NCBI GenBank assembly: GCA_965223325.1
Contig: CBDCWI010000001.1
Coordinates: forward strand, 1,696,001 to 1,760,000
DNA length: 64,000 nt
Reading direction: 5' to 3'
Source of the DNA: Candidatus Multivoradales bacterium
Lineage (GTDB): Bacteria; Acidobacteriota; Thermoanaerobaculia; Multivoradales; Multivoraceae
Under the pieces are notes generated by a model that was given only the letters and a program-made list of their open reading frames with translations, ran no database searches and had not been told where the DNA came from. The first letter of the stretch is position 1. The number at the start of each line of letters is the position of its first letter. Positions 39,427-49,681 of this stretch are shown here, piece by piece. The translations under genes and the position numbers were made by a program.

Positions 39427-40344
39427 ATGCCCGCAGCAGATCTCGAAACCCGCCTCGTCCTCGACGACGACCATGACGCTCTGGCGGTGGCGCACGGCAC
39501 GATCGCCACCATCGGTGACCCCGCCGAACGGCGACGGGGCAACGAGCTGCTGCGCGCCCGGCGAACGCCCGCCGGCCCAGCGACCGTCTGGCTCCGTCAG
39601 CGGGCGGCGACTCTCGAAGCGCGCTTCTGGGGGCCGGGCTCAGCGTGGGCCTTCGACCAACTACCGCGCTTGATCGGTCTCGACGATTGCCAAGCACGCG
39701 AGTTCTGCCCCACTCAGCTCGAAGGCGCGGCGAAGTTCGCCGAGCCGCGGCCACAGGTGATTCGCATCGGTGCCTCCGACACCGTGTTCGAAGCGTGCGT
39801 CGGAGCGATTCTCGGGCAGAAGGTCGTCGGCAAGGAGGCCGCTATGTCCTACCGCGCGATGAGCCGGGAATGGGGCGAGGCCGCCCCCGGTCCCGGGAAA
39901 CTCAGGCTCCCACCTGCCCCGCGAACCTTGCTCGCGCACGACTACGCAGAGTTCCACCGTTTCGGTATCGAACGCCGGCGTGCACAGACGGTGCTCGAGG
40001 CGGCACGCTCCGCCCATCGACTCGAAGAGATTCCTGCAATGGAACGAGGGGCGGCCACCGAACGGCTCCGCAGCCTGCCGGGAGTGGGGGCGTGGACAAC
40101 GGCGCTCGTCCGCGTCGCAGCCCTTGGTGACCCCGACGCCGTCCTGGTCGGCGACTACCACCTTCCCAACCTGGTCACCTGGAACCTCGCTGGCGAACCG
40201 CGCGGCTCTGACCGCCGCATGCTGGAGCTACTCGAGCCCTACCGCGGGCACCGGGCCCGCGTGCTGCGCTGGCTGAAGCGCCACGGTCGCGACGCGCCGC
40301 GCTATGGCCCCCGGCTCGAGTTTCGGCGCGTCGAGCGCTGGTGA
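39427..40344 (+). CDS. DNA-3-methyladenine glycosylase (HhH-GPD, AlkA-like)
   Basis: AILGQKV, HhH LRSLPGVGAWT, GDPDAVLVGDYHL. Confidence 0.85.
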   Translation: MPAADLETRLVLDDDHDALAVAHGTIATIGDPAERRRGNELLRARRTPAGPATVWLRQRAATLEARFWGPGSAWAFDQLPRLIGLDDCQAREFCPTQLEGAAKFAEPRPQVIRIGASDTVFEACVGAILGQKVVGKEAAMSYRAMSREWGEAAPGPGKLRLPPAPRTLLAHDYAEFHRFGIERRRAQTVLEAARSAHRLEEIPAMERGAATERLRSLPGVGAWTTALVRVAALGDPDAVLVGDYHLPNLVTWNLAGEPRGSDRRMLELLEPYRGHRARVLRWLKRHGRDAPRYGPRLEFRRVERW

Positions 40345-40348
40345 CCTG

Positions 40349-41602
40349 TCAGGGGAGGCGGTAGACGAGCGGACGCGTCTCGTCGTCGGGCTTGGGGTGG
40401 GCCGCCTCTTTCGAGGCTGTTGCCGACCCGCCACCTGCCAGCACCGATCGCGGAAGTGCCATCGCGCGCGCCTGTCGCGGCACGAGCCGTGGTCGCGGAG
40501 CCAGTTCGGGAGCCCGAGCGGATGCTTCGACTTCGAACTGCGCGAGGTGATGTGCATGCGCGAAGGCAAGCAGCCAGTTGTCCAACAACCGCCACGAAGC
40601 CGACAGCCGTGCGGCGGTGACCTCCTCGGCGCTTCGCAAGCACATCCGCTCGATCCAATCCGCTACGCGAAGCAGACTGCGACTCGTCGCCGGGCGGTCA
40701 CCGTCATCGACCAACAAGCCGGCTACGATCTCACCTTGCACTTCGATGGCCGCCAGCCAGGCACCGAGGCTCTCGAGCCGGTGAGCTTCACGAGGCGCGA
40801 GGCGCGACAGAAGAGAACCGAGACGCGCATCGCGCATCGCGACCGGGTTGGCGACCTCGCCGGTTGCGCTCTGAAAGCGCATGCCCGCGGGCAGCAGGCA
40901 TGCGAGCCACGCGGTACGACCATCGTCTGCAAGGGTCCCCAACGGACCTGCCATTTGCTCGGTGGTGAAGGCAAAATCGTTGAGATCCTCGAGCAGATCG
41001 AGGGAAGCCGCTCCCGTCGACCGCACCTTTGACGGCGCGATCCGCTCGTGCCAGACCGCCGCCAGCCGGCGCTCCAAGATCTGACGCTGGCGCGCCGACG
41101 ATGCGGCCGCACAGGCACGCAGAACATCCTCGCCGCGCGCTCCGAGGTCAGCGGGCGTAATCACCCGGTAGATACCGTGCTGCCAGGAGAGGACTTCTTG
41201 CAAGTCGGCCACCGCGACCGCCGCCAGTGCCTCCTGAAGTGCTGCCTCGGTCACCGCGCGCTGCTCGAGCAGCAATGTGCCGAGTGGCAGCGGAGCGCCG
41301 GCCTGATTCTGTTGCGAGCGCGCGAGATCGATCGCTTCGTGGCCGATGACGCGGCGCATTTCGAGATGATTGAGTACCCGTTCTTCGACTCCATTGCGCA
41401 CGGCGTAGCGGATGCCGCCGTTATGCAACACCAGAACGGCCTGCCCACGACGGTGGGTCACTGCCACCAGGCGGGTTCCCCGGCCACGACCGACCATTTC
41501 CAAAATCGAGTGAAGGTGCCCGGCGATGCGCCCGCTGGACATGGTCTCGAAGACCGGCCTGGAGCCCGCCTGTTGAGCGGACTGATCGCGTGCTTCGATC
41601 AC
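40349..41602 (-). CDS. DUF4388 (PatA-N-like) domain protein
   Basis: SGRIAGHLHSILEMV...GGIRYA...LGTLLLE...EVLSWQHGIY pattern. Confidence 0.65.
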   Translation of the reverse strand: MIEARDQSAQQAGSRPVFETMSSGRIAGHLHSILEMVGRGRGTRLVAVTHRRGQAVLVLHNGGIRYAVRNGVEERVLNHLEMRRVIGHEAIDLARSQQNQAGAPLPLGTLLLEQRAVTEAALQEALAAVAVADLQEVLSWQHGIYRVITPADLGARGEDVLRACAAASSARQRQILERRLAAVWHERIAPSKVRSTGAASLDLLEDLNDFAFTTEQMAGPLGTLADDGRTAWLACLLPAGMRFQSATGEVANPVAMRDARLGSLLSRLAPREAHRLESLGAWLAAIEVQGEIVAGLLVDDGDRPATSRSLLRVADWIERMCLRSAEEVTAARLSASWRLLDNWLLAFAHAHHLAQFEVEASARAPELAPRPRLVPRQARAMALPRSVLAGGGSATASKEAAHPKPDDETRPLVYRLP

Positions 41603-42690
41603 GGTCCAGCCTCGACGAGAGGCCGCACCGGCGAATAGACCTCGGGAGCCTTTTTCGGAGGGTCCCCCTGTTCTGTCGGCGACGACTCAGGCCGCCGGAG
41701 TACCGAGAGAAGCGCGGGGTCAGCTGACGGCTGATGCGGAAGGTGGTATGCATCGGGGGCTTCGTTCGCCCCGGAAGCGAAGTCGTGTGTCCATCGGTAG
41801 AGCAACTCTCGTTCGAGCGCCTCACAAGCGGCGTCGCGACTGCGCTGAGTTGGTGCCAGTGACAGTCGCCCACCGGCAATGCTGTCGCAGTAGAGAACCA
41901 GGCTCGCCCGACCCTCGATGATGAGAGGCAGAGCCACCGCGAGTTCCGGAACGACGCCGCGCAGGCCCTCGACCAACAACTCGTTTCCCTCGAGCGGCGC
42001 CAGGTGCCCGATGACGTCGCGACCGGACTCCTTCGCCTGCCCGAGCGTCGAGCGCAGCGACGCCGGAATGAACAGCTCGAGCTCTGAGTCAATCGAACGG
42101 CCGCGAGCCGCGACACACTCGAGTCCACCGGGCCGGTCGAGGAAGACGAGCGCGCGGTCGAATGTTCGAAGGGCATCTTCGAGCAGCTCGTTGATGACCT
42201 CGCGGCCGCGATCGATCGACTCGGCCGGCGCCACATTGCCGAACGCCGTCGCCGCACGCTGGGATGGTGCGGCGGGCTCCTCGCCCAGCAGGTCGTCGGC
42301 GGTCGGCAGGCTGGCATCGTCCACGGTAAGAGCAGTGGAGTCTTCAGGCCTCTCGCTCTCCACCGGACGGTGCCTCTCCTTCGGGCGCTCGACTGGACGC
42401 GCGGCAAGCAATTCGTCGAGGACCTCGGTTGGTTCATCGGTCGCGGCCGGGTCCTCGGTCGGGAGCGGTTCACGACGGACCGAATCAGCATCGACCTCCG
42501 GAGCCAGGGCCGGCGCTCCCAGGATGCCGGCGTAGGCAACTCTGTGCCCGCGGTACGGCTTGATCTCGAGTCCAGAAGGTGACCACTCGCGCGACGCCTG
42601 GTCGACGAAAGGGTTACCCGACTCGCTGCGCTTTGCCGGGGAGAGAAACCTCAGCAAGCGATCGAGGGTGCCAGTACTCTTCGATTCCAT
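41599..42690 (-). CDS. hypothetical protein with an acidic linker and a GAF-like domain
   Basis: GGAG RBS; DRALVF...LAVALPLIIEGRASLVLYCDS; 4-bp overlap with the DUF4388 gene. Confidence 0.6.
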   Translation of the reverse strand: MESKSTGTLDRLLRFLSPAKRSESGNPFVDQASREWSPSGLEIKPYRGHRVAYAGILGAPALAPEVDADSVRREPLPTEDPAATDEPTEVLDELLAARPVERPKERHRPVESERPEDSTALTVDDASLPTADDLLGEEPAAPSQRAATAFGNVAPAESIDRGREVINELLEDALRTFDRALVFLDRPGGLECVAARGRSIDSELELFIPASLRSTLGQAKESGRDVIGHLAPLEGNELLVEGLRGVVPELAVALPLIIEGRASLVLYCDSIAGGRLSLAPTQRSRDAACEALERELLYRWTHDFASGANEAPDAYHLPHQPSADPALLSVLRRPESSPTEQGDPPKKAPEVYSPVRPLVEAGP

Positions 42691-42784
42691 TGTGCAGCTC
42701 CAGCGAGGCGGAGATTCGAACCATCAGCTCGGAAGGAAAGGGGATGGGGCACAAGGAAAGCAAATCAGCGAACACCTGTCTAGA

Positions 42785-42801
42785 AGCAACGCCTGTGCCA
42801 A
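42785..42801 (-). promoter_or_regulatory. sigma54 -24/-12 promoter
   Basis: Minus strand TTGGCACAGGCGTTGCT, near-consensus, about 95 bp upstream of ATG 42690. Confidence 0.8.
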
Positions 42802-43777
42802 CCGTGTCAGGTGACCCGGGTTCCCACAAGTCGGCACCCTGGCGCCGCGGCGCGTCCGTTTAGAAACACCCCTCGGGCGGCTCGAACGGCCGGGCGTACC
42901 GGAATGAACCCGCTGCACTCGAAGACCAGGCTTCCAGCCGTTACGCTCTTCCGAGATCCATGCTCAATGGGTCTCAGATAGCTCTTTAACAATACCTCCA
43001 CAGTCGAAACTGAGGCGCGACTGAGCATCGACCCCGAGACGGCGTTGCGGCGGGCCGCCACGCTGCGGTGCCAGAAAGTTGGGGTCGCCCGGAATGAGAG
43101 GTAGACGCAGAGCGTCGATGTTATCGAGCGGGCGAGCCACTTCAGAGAGCGGCGAACCGGTCAATTGCCGACGGATATCTGCCCTAAACCGAACCACGAG
43201 ACCGTCCCCCGGGAGCCCAGCGGTCGAGAACCGGCATTCCGCTGCCCTCTAGGAGTAGCTCGCGCGCAGGGTCAAGCCAGTCGGTTCCGACGGGGACCCG
43301 AATCTCCCCCGGCTTACTGTTCGCTGGGAGCCGCGGCGAGGAGGCTTGGCGGACCCGCAAATGGTCCGCAGAGCTCTCAAAGAGGTCTTCGCCGGCTGGC
43401 CGCCCTGGCCAAAGGCCTGGCAACGAATCGTCATAGCAACCGTTCATGTTGTAAGTCTCCTCGCTGTTGTACGGTGGCCCTGGGTCGCCATCCTGGCGTG
43501 GGGGCTGTGCCTGGAACGGTGACTTCCCCGGCGGGATGCGAACGAACAAGCAGGAGACGGAAACCCCCTTCGGCCTCGAAGGAAGTGTTGAAAACCCTCG
43601 AAAGAGGACCTGACGCGGTCGAAAACTTCCGAACGACTTTCATGTGAATGCAATGACGATACCACAACATTTCATTCGTTTTTTCCCCAATAAAACTGAT
43701 CACTGCTCGGTTCAGCGGTCTTTTTTCTACCCTTTCTAGCCATCCACCGATTCCTTCTGCGCCGTTTTCGTCATCCC

Positions 43778-46021
43778 ATGGACCGCACCCGTTTCCACAC
43801 GCTGTTGGCTCTGTTGCTCGCCTTCACGATGCTGGCGTTGCCGGCAACTGCCCAGGAGGCAACTGCGCATAGCGACGCCAACGACCGGCGACCCACCTTT
43901 CACCTGCCGCGGCTCGAGGGTGATGTCCGCATCGACGGCGTCCTCGACGACGCGATTTGGCAAGACGCGCTGGTCCTCCACCTGCACTACGAAACCCAGC
44001 CCGGTGAGAACGTTCCACCACCCGACCCGACCGAGTGCCGGCTGTTCTACGACCATCACGCCCTCTACTACGGCTGCCGCGCGTCCGACAGCAATCCAGA
44101 CGCCATTCGAGCGCGCTTCGCCGATCGCGACCAGACGGCGTTCTCCGACGACACGATTGGAATCGCCATTGATCCGTTCGACACCAACAAGCGCAGCTTC
44201 GTGCTCGACGTCAACCCCTATGGCATTCAGAACGATCGTCTCTACAGCGAAGCCACTGGCAGGTCCGACTCCAGCTGGGATGCCGTCTGGAGATCGGCGG
44301 GACGCATCACCGACAAGGGCTACGAAGTCGAGGCGGCCATTCCCTTTGCCTCGCTGCGCTTCCCTCGCACGGCTGGTGAGCAGCGTTGGACGCTAAGCGT
44401 TAGGCGTTACCTGCCGCGCGAAGTGATTCGCCGAGTCGCGCTCACGCCCAACGATCGCAACAACCCCTGCCGAACCTGCCAGAGCGCGGTCCTGGTTGGC
44501 TTCGTCGACATCGACGCCGGGCGCCACCTCGAAGTCACCCCCACGCTGACGGGAATCGCAACGACTGACAATGTCGCCGACTCTCGTGATGACCAACTCG
44601 ACCCTGGCATCACGGCACGCTGGGGAGTCACGCCCAACCTGGCGCTCTCGGCCACGCTCAATCCAGACTTCTCTCAGGTCGAAGCCGACGAAGCGCAACT
44701 CGCCGTCAATCAACAGTTCGCGCTTTTCTTCCAAGAACGCCGGCCCTTCTTTCTCGAAGGAAGCGAGTTCTTCGACAGCAACCTCAACGCCGTCCACACG
44801 CGCTCGGTCGCCGATCCGTCCTGGGGACTCAAAGCAACCGGCAAAGAGGGGCGCTACGGGATCGGTGCCTTCCTCGCCCGTGATGAAACCACAAACCTGC
44901 TCCTTCCAGGTCGAGAGTCCTCCCAGACGACGTTCATCGACCGCGCATCGGACGCCGCGGTCCTCCGCGTGCAGCGCGATGTGGGCAGGGAGTCACGCCT
45001 GGGGTTCTTGTTCACCAACCGCGACGCCGGACCCTACGAGAACCGAGTCGGTGGACTCGACGGTCGATTCAGACTCGGGCGCTCCGACACGCTGACGCTG
45101 CAGGCGCTGACCTCGCGCACCGTCTATCCCAACACCCTTACAGCCCAAGGTCAGGCGCCAACCGGCGTGCTCGACGACGAGGCCTGGTACGTGCGCTACC
45201 AACATCAAGAGCGCAACTGGACCTGGAACACGGTCTACCAGGATATCGGCGACGACTTTCGGGCCGACCTCGGTTTTCTTCCGCAAGTCGGCATCCGACA
45301 CCTGACGAGCTACGGCGAATACCGCCTCCACGGAGGCAACGACCGCTGGTTCACCTCCATCGAGTTCTCCGGCAGGATCGCGCGCAAAGAAACACAGGAC
45401 GGTGACCTGTCGTCGGCTCGCAACGAGGCCTGGGTGGTATGGAACGGGCGCCCTCAGGCCGATTTCGCCTTTGGCGGAGGGCTGAACCGACGCACCCACC
45501 GTGGAGTCGCCTTCGACTACACCGACTGGTGGCTCGCCTTCTCGCTGCAACCGATCCGCCAGGTCTTCGTCGGCGCCGACTACCAGGGTGGACGCACCGT
45601 CGACTTCGTCGGCGTTCGGGAGGGGGACAACTTCGAGGTCAGCGGCTTCTCGAAGGTGACGCTCGGTAAACACCTCACAGCCTCGCTGTCACACCGCCTC
45701 CGCCAACTCGACCTCGACGCCGGCAACCTGTTCGAAGCGAATCAGAGCGAGCTCCGTTTCGTCTACCAGTGGAACGCCCGCGCTCTGGTTCGTGCCATCG
45801 CCCAGCGAACCCTGCTCGACCGCAACACCTCGCTCTACCCGTTCACGGTCGACGAACGAACCGACGCCGTCTTCGGGCAACTGGTCGTAAGCTACAAGCT
45901 CAACCCCGAGACCGCCATCTACATCGGCTATGCCGCCGACTGGTTCGAGGTCGGCGAGGGTGGGCTGATCGAGCTTGGCGATACGGCCTTTCTCAAACTC
46001 AGTTGGGCCTGGAGACCCTGA
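43778..46021 (+). CDS. CBM9-like / DUF5916 outer membrane protein
   Basis: Signal peptide; IDGVLDD...W, EAAIPFASLRF, TLNPDFSQVEAD, FFQERRPFFLEG. Confidence 0.85.
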   Translation: MDRTRFHTLLALLLAFTMLALPATAQEATAHSDANDRRPTFHLPRLEGDVRIDGVLDDAIWQDALVLHLHYETQPGENVPPPDPTECRLFYDHHALYYGCRASDSNPDAIRARFADRDQTAFSDDTIGIAIDPFDTNKRSFVLDVNPYGIQNDRLYSEATGRSDSSWDAVWRSAGRITDKGYEVEAAIPFASLRFPRTAGEQRWTLSVRRYLPREVIRRVALTPNDRNNPCRTCQSAVLVGFVDIDAGRHLEVTPTLTGIATTDNVADSRDDQLDPGITARWGVTPNLALSATLNPDFSQVEADEAQLAVNQQFALFFQERRPFFLEGSEFFDSNLNAVHTRSVADPSWGLKATGKEGRYGIGAFLARDETTNLLLPGRESSQTTFIDRASDAAVLRVQRDVGRESRLGFLFTNRDAGPYENRVGGLDGRFRLGRSDTLTLQALTSRTVYPNTLTAQGQAPTGVLDDEAWYVRYQHQERNWTWNTVYQDIGDDFRADLGFLPQVGIRHLTSYGEYRLHGGNDRWFTSIEFSGRIARKETQDGDLSSARNEAWVVWNGRPQADFAFGGGLNRRTHRGVAFDYTDWWLAFSLQPIRQVFVGADYQGGRTVDFVGVREGDNFEVSGFSKVTLGKHLTASLSHRLRQLDLDAGNLFEANQSELRFVYQWNARALVRAIAQRTLLDRNTSLYPFTVDERTDAVFGQLVVSYKLNPETAIYIGYAADWFEVGEGGLIELGDTAFLKLSWAWRP

Positions 46022-46031
46022 GGAGCTTGGC

Positions 46032-47123
46032 ATGACTTCGGACACGAGCGGCCGCCGCGCCAAAGGAACCCGCAGCACGAAACACTGCGACGTAGAGGAC
46101 TTCGATCTCGAACCGCTTGCCGCCCTCGATCTCGGCGCGGTCGACTCCTTCGGTGAGCTGCTCGTTGCGATGCGCTCGACTTCCTTCGGCGGTCGCCAAC
46201 TCGGCGAGGCGGCTGACGTTCTGCAGGCGATGGTTGAGGACCCGGATTGCCTGGTCGTTGGCACGTTTTCCGGTGCGATGACGGTCGCCAAGCAAGGCCT
46301 GGTGCTCTGCGACATGATCGACAACGGCATGCTCGACATCATCGTCTCGACCGGCGCTCTGATGGCGCACGGCTTGGTCGAGGCCACCGGGCGGGCGCAC
46401 TTCAAGGCGCCGCCAGATCTCGACGATCGCGAGCTCTACTACGCTGGTTTCGATCGGGTCTACGACACCCTCGAACTGGAACAGAACCTCGACGACATCG
46501 AAGAGATCTTTCGCGCGATCCTGGAGAGGTGGCCGGCTGGTGACACCGCGTCGTCGCACGCACTCTGTCGCGCGCTCGGAGAGTGGCTCGACGAAGACGA
46601 CGCTGGTCGTGGGATTCTTCGCTCCGCGTTTCTTCGCGACGTTCCGGTCTACATTCCAGCCTTCAGCGACTCGGAGCTCGGCCTCGACTTCGTGATCTCC
46701 AACCGCATCCGTCAGCGCGACGGCCGTGAAGCGATCGCCTTCGACCCGTTCCTCGACCTCGAGCACTATGCTGCGCGTGTTTTCGAGTCCACGCGCCTGG
46801 GAATCTTTACCATTGGCGGCGGTGTTCCACGCAATTGGGCACAACAGGTGGGTCCGTTTCTCGACATCGCCGAGAAGCGAGGCGTCGGCGAACCAGCTCT
46901 CCGGCGCTTTCGCTACGCCGTGCGCATCTGCCCCGAGCCGGTTCACTGGGGCGGCCTATCCGGCTGTACCTACAGTGAAGGGGTCTCCTGGGGGAAGTTC
47001 GTACCACCCTCTGAGGGCGGCCGCTTTGCCGAGGTCGCCGCGGACGCGACGCTGGTCTGGCCACTATTGGTAAAGGGCGTCCTCGAGCGCCTGTCGAACA
47101 GCTCCACCTCCGACCGACCCTGA
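46032..47123 (+). CDS. deoxyhypusine synthase family protein (probable homospermidine synthase)
   Basis: SGAMT, IVSTGA, PAFSDSELG, IGGGVPRN, GGLSGCTYSEGVSWGK with the catalytic Lys; AGGAG RBS. Confidence 0.88.
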   Translation: MTSDTSGRRAKGTRSTKHCDVEDFDLEPLAALDLGAVDSFGELLVAMRSTSFGGRQLGEAADVLQAMVEDPDCLVVGTFSGAMTVAKQGLVLCDMIDNGMLDIIVSTGALMAHGLVEATGRAHFKAPPDLDDRELYYAGFDRVYDTLELEQNLDDIEEIFRAILERWPAGDTASSHALCRALGEWLDEDDAGRGILRSAFLRDVPVYIPAFSDSELGLDFVISNRIRQRDGREAIAFDPFLDLEHYAARVFESTRLGIFTIGGGVPRNWAQQVGPFLDIAEKRGVGEPALRRFRYAVRICPEPVHWGGLSGCTYSEGVSWGKFVPPSEGGRFAEVAADATLVWPLLVKGVLERLSNSSTSDRP

Positions 47124-47152
47124 GCCACCACAGATCAAAGAGAGGCCTCTCT

Positions 47153-47623
47153 ATGAACCTGAATCGAACCGCAGCGATCACAAACGCTGCACTCCTGGTC
47201 GCCCTGATGGGCACCGCCGGCGCGACTGCCCAAGAACCTGAACTCGAGCCAATGGACCCGATCGTCTGTGACGACGGCCAGACGGTGGAGGTAAAGAACC
47301 GTTTGATCGAAACCGATGGCACCGCCATCGAAGCCAATGGCCGCTGCCGCGTCGTCATCCGCGGGTCGCGCATCGTCTCCGAGTCCGTCGCTATCGTGGC
47401 GCGCGTTCGCAGCCACATCGAAATCATCGACAGTGAGATCGAGGGTGCCGGCGGCGTTCTGGCTTTGGCTCGCGGCAAGGTCCTCATTCGCGGTTCACAG
47501 GTCACCGGCGGTGTGCTGGCACGCCACAAGGCCGAGATCGAAGACGTGGGCGGAAACGAAATCGACGGCAAGTACGGTGGCCCCACCACCACCCTCGGTG
47601 CGCGGGCGGCCGGCGACGGCTAG
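47153..47623 (+). CDS. secreted protein, possible short beta-helix
   Basis: Signal peptide; repeated A-x-G-x-x-x-V-x-I-x-G-S-x-I units. Confidence 0.6.
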   Translation: MNLNRTAAITNAALLVALMGTAGATAQEPELEPMDPIVCDDGQTVEVKNRLIETDGTAIEANGRCRVVIRGSRIVSESVAIVARVRSHIEIIDSEIEGAGGVLALARGKVLIRGSQVTGGVLARHKAEIEDVGGNEIDGKYGGPTTTLGARAAGDG

Positions 47624-48003
47624 CCTTCGGGCACCTCTTTCGGAGCGCGGTTGTAGCCGCGCTCACCCCACGGTTCGATCTGCTCGCACCAGATCTCGAG
47701 TAACGCCGCTAGATCATCGCTGCCGTTCCAGGAGGGCGGAGCGGCGGCTGGCACTTCGAGTTCCTCGAGGACTTCGAAGGCGAAGGCGTCGGGGCCGAAC
47801 TCTGCCCAGTCGCGCTGGAGCTCGGGATGCAAGAGGAACGAACTTGTACTCAGCTGCATGCGCAACTTGTTCCACACCGCGTTGAGGTTGGGCGACGAAC
47901 CAAGAAGAACTTTCCCGTTCGCCTTGTTGCGCACTCGGTACACTCCCATCGGCTGGCGACTCTCTTTGTACTGGCGCTTCAGCTCTTTGCGTCGATCGTT
48001 CAC
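47620..48003 (-). CDS. GIY-YIG superfamily protein
   Basis: MGVYRVRNKANGKVLLGSS...LQRDWAEFGPDAFAFEVLE...GYN. Confidence 0.8.
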   Translation of the reverse strand: MNDRRKELKRQYKESRQPMGVYRVRNKANGKVLLGSSPNLNAVWNKLRMQLSTSSFLLHPELQRDWAEFGPDAFAFEVLEELEVPAAAPPSWNGSDDLAALLEIWCEQIEPWGERGYNRAPKEVPEG

Positions 48004-48036
48004 TTTGACCTCCCGGTACGCAACAGCCTCTACCCT

Positions 48037-48435
48037 ATGCTCCGACTCGCCTTCAGCGGCCTTCTCGCGCTCTCAGCCTTCGCCACCGGCGCGCTCGGCT
48101 CGTTGACCCTGGTCGCGCCCGACCGATTGGCCAGCGGCTTCAACGTCACGTTGCCAGAAGACGTTGACCTGTCCCTGCTGATGGCGGTGCTCGGCGGAGT
48201 GCTGCTTTCCCTGGCGCTCATCGTCGGCCTCGCTGCCCACTGGTCGTTCCAGCAGCGCCCCGAAGGGCGCACCCTCGGCCTCCTCTGTGCGGTCACTCTC
48301 CTGCTGGTCGCAGTGGCCGGCTGGTGGTTCGGCGGTTCGCGCGAGATTCTGCTGCTCGACGGGGTGCGCGGCGTGGTGATCTTTGCGCTCGGCTGGTTCT
48401 GGAAGATCGAGGAACCTCAGGCCCGGCGGTCGTAG
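48037..48435 (+). CDS. small four-TM membrane protein
   Basis: Four hydrophobic segments; GC3-rich codon usage. Confidence 0.6.
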   Translation: MLRLAFSGLLALSAFATGALGSLTLVAPDRLASGFNVTLPEDVDLSLLMAVLGGVLLSLALIVGLAAHWSFQQRPEGRTLGLLCAVTLLLVAVAGWWFGGSREILLLDGVRGVVIFALGWFWKIEEPQARRS

Positions 48436-49556
48436 CGCGCGACAAACCGCCTGAACGCCAAAACGATCGGCAGCCGATCCAACCACGCCGAGGCATCGGC
48501 ACGCGAATCGTCGAGTTCGTGGAGTGCTCCCACGTAACCTTCCGGGATCTGGCTGTGCAGAGAATCGGGATCGTCGTCGTCCTCTAGAAAGTGGTACTCG
48601 TAACCGGGCACGAAGACGTCCTCGTCGGCCACCACCTCGATCGGGCGCACGCCGAAGGTCGTCAACTCGGTCTGCACCGTTTGCGGCGGAATGATCCAGG
48701 CATGTTCCGGGCTTTCAAAGATCAGGTACTGAATCTCGCGATTCCGGGAGAGGAATCGAAAGCGACGGATCACGCCCCGGTAGAGCGAGCTCCGTCCGTG
48801 GGTGACCTCGAGTAGCGCACGCGTCGTGAACTCGGGCTCGAGGCCCGGGGCGATCCACAACGAAGTCGGGTCGTTTCGGCGGGTGAAGCGGAGAGCCTTA
48901 CGCCCCCCATAGACCCGGTCCTTGGGCAGTCGTGCCGCGCGACGACGCGGTTCGACGAACTCACGGTAGGGCTCGATGCGGTTCTTCGGCGCGTGCTGCA
49001 GCACCAGTCCAGGCCCCACAACGTCGTGTTTGGGGCGCCGCACCCGCCGATTGATGGTTTCGACGGCGCTTTGCATCTCGAGCGGCAAGTCGGTGGTCGC
49101 TTCGACCGAGAACTCGATCTCTTCACCGTCGAGCCACTCGGTGCGCGTGTCGCCCTTGCCGATCCACAGCTCTTCGCCGTCTTCGAAGATGTGCGAGGCA
49201 ACGCGCCAGATGAGCGAGATGTCTTTGTAGAAAACGCGCGGATAGATCACTCGGCGGCCGGTGCGCGGATGACGCTGCACGACGTAGGCCACGAAGAAGC
49301 GCAGGTCCGGGTTCTGCCGCGCATGGGTCAGATAGAAGGTCGTGCCGAAGAGATCGATGCGGGCCTTCGGGGTGTAACCGAGGGTCAACAGTCGTTCGGG
49401 ACGATCGCGCGCCGCCCCCACGCAACGGATCGGGGTCCCCGAAGCGACCAGACGTTTGAATTCGTTGGCGATTTGAACCGCCCCGCGTGGGTCCGGCTCG
49501 ACGGATGCAATGGCAGACGGAGAGAAGCGTTGCCGCCTCTTTGAATCAGATGACAT
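48417..49556 (-). CDS. hypothetical protein
   Basis: 379-aa ORF with protein-like composition and an RBS-like site; no family recognised. Confidence 0.65.
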   Translation of the reverse strand: MSSDSKRRQRFSPSAIASVEPDPRGAVQIANEFKRLVASGTPIRCVGAARDRPERLLTLGYTPKARIDLFGTTFYLTHARQNPDLRFFVAYVVQRHPRTGRRVIYPRVFYKDISLIWRVASHIFEDGEELWIGKGDTRTEWLDGEEIEFSVEATTDLPLEMQSAVETINRRVRRPKHDVVGPGLVLQHAPKNRIEPYREFVEPRRRAARLPKDRVYGGRKALRFTRRNDPTSLWIAPGLEPEFTTRALLEVTHGRSSLYRGVIRRFRFLSRNREIQYLIFESPEHAWIIPPQTVQTELTTFGVRPIEVVADEDVFVPGYEYHFLEDDDDPDSLHSQIPEGYVGALHELDDSRADASAWLDRLPIVLAFRRFVARYDRRA

Positions 49557-49681
49557 GGATTCCTATTGAATCAGTGGTTGAGCGCCCACCCTATCGCTTG
49601 CACGCTCCTGACCTCGAGCGGGCAAACCGCGAGGGCGCGGACTCCCTGATGAGCGACTAATAGCCAACCTGGAGACTCCCC

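Noticed and set aside
42820-43740. ORF 43184-43549 (-) and possible IS ends in the 1-kb gap
   Set aside because: No RBS, no recognisable family and no paired terminal repeats; possibly a decayed fragment.
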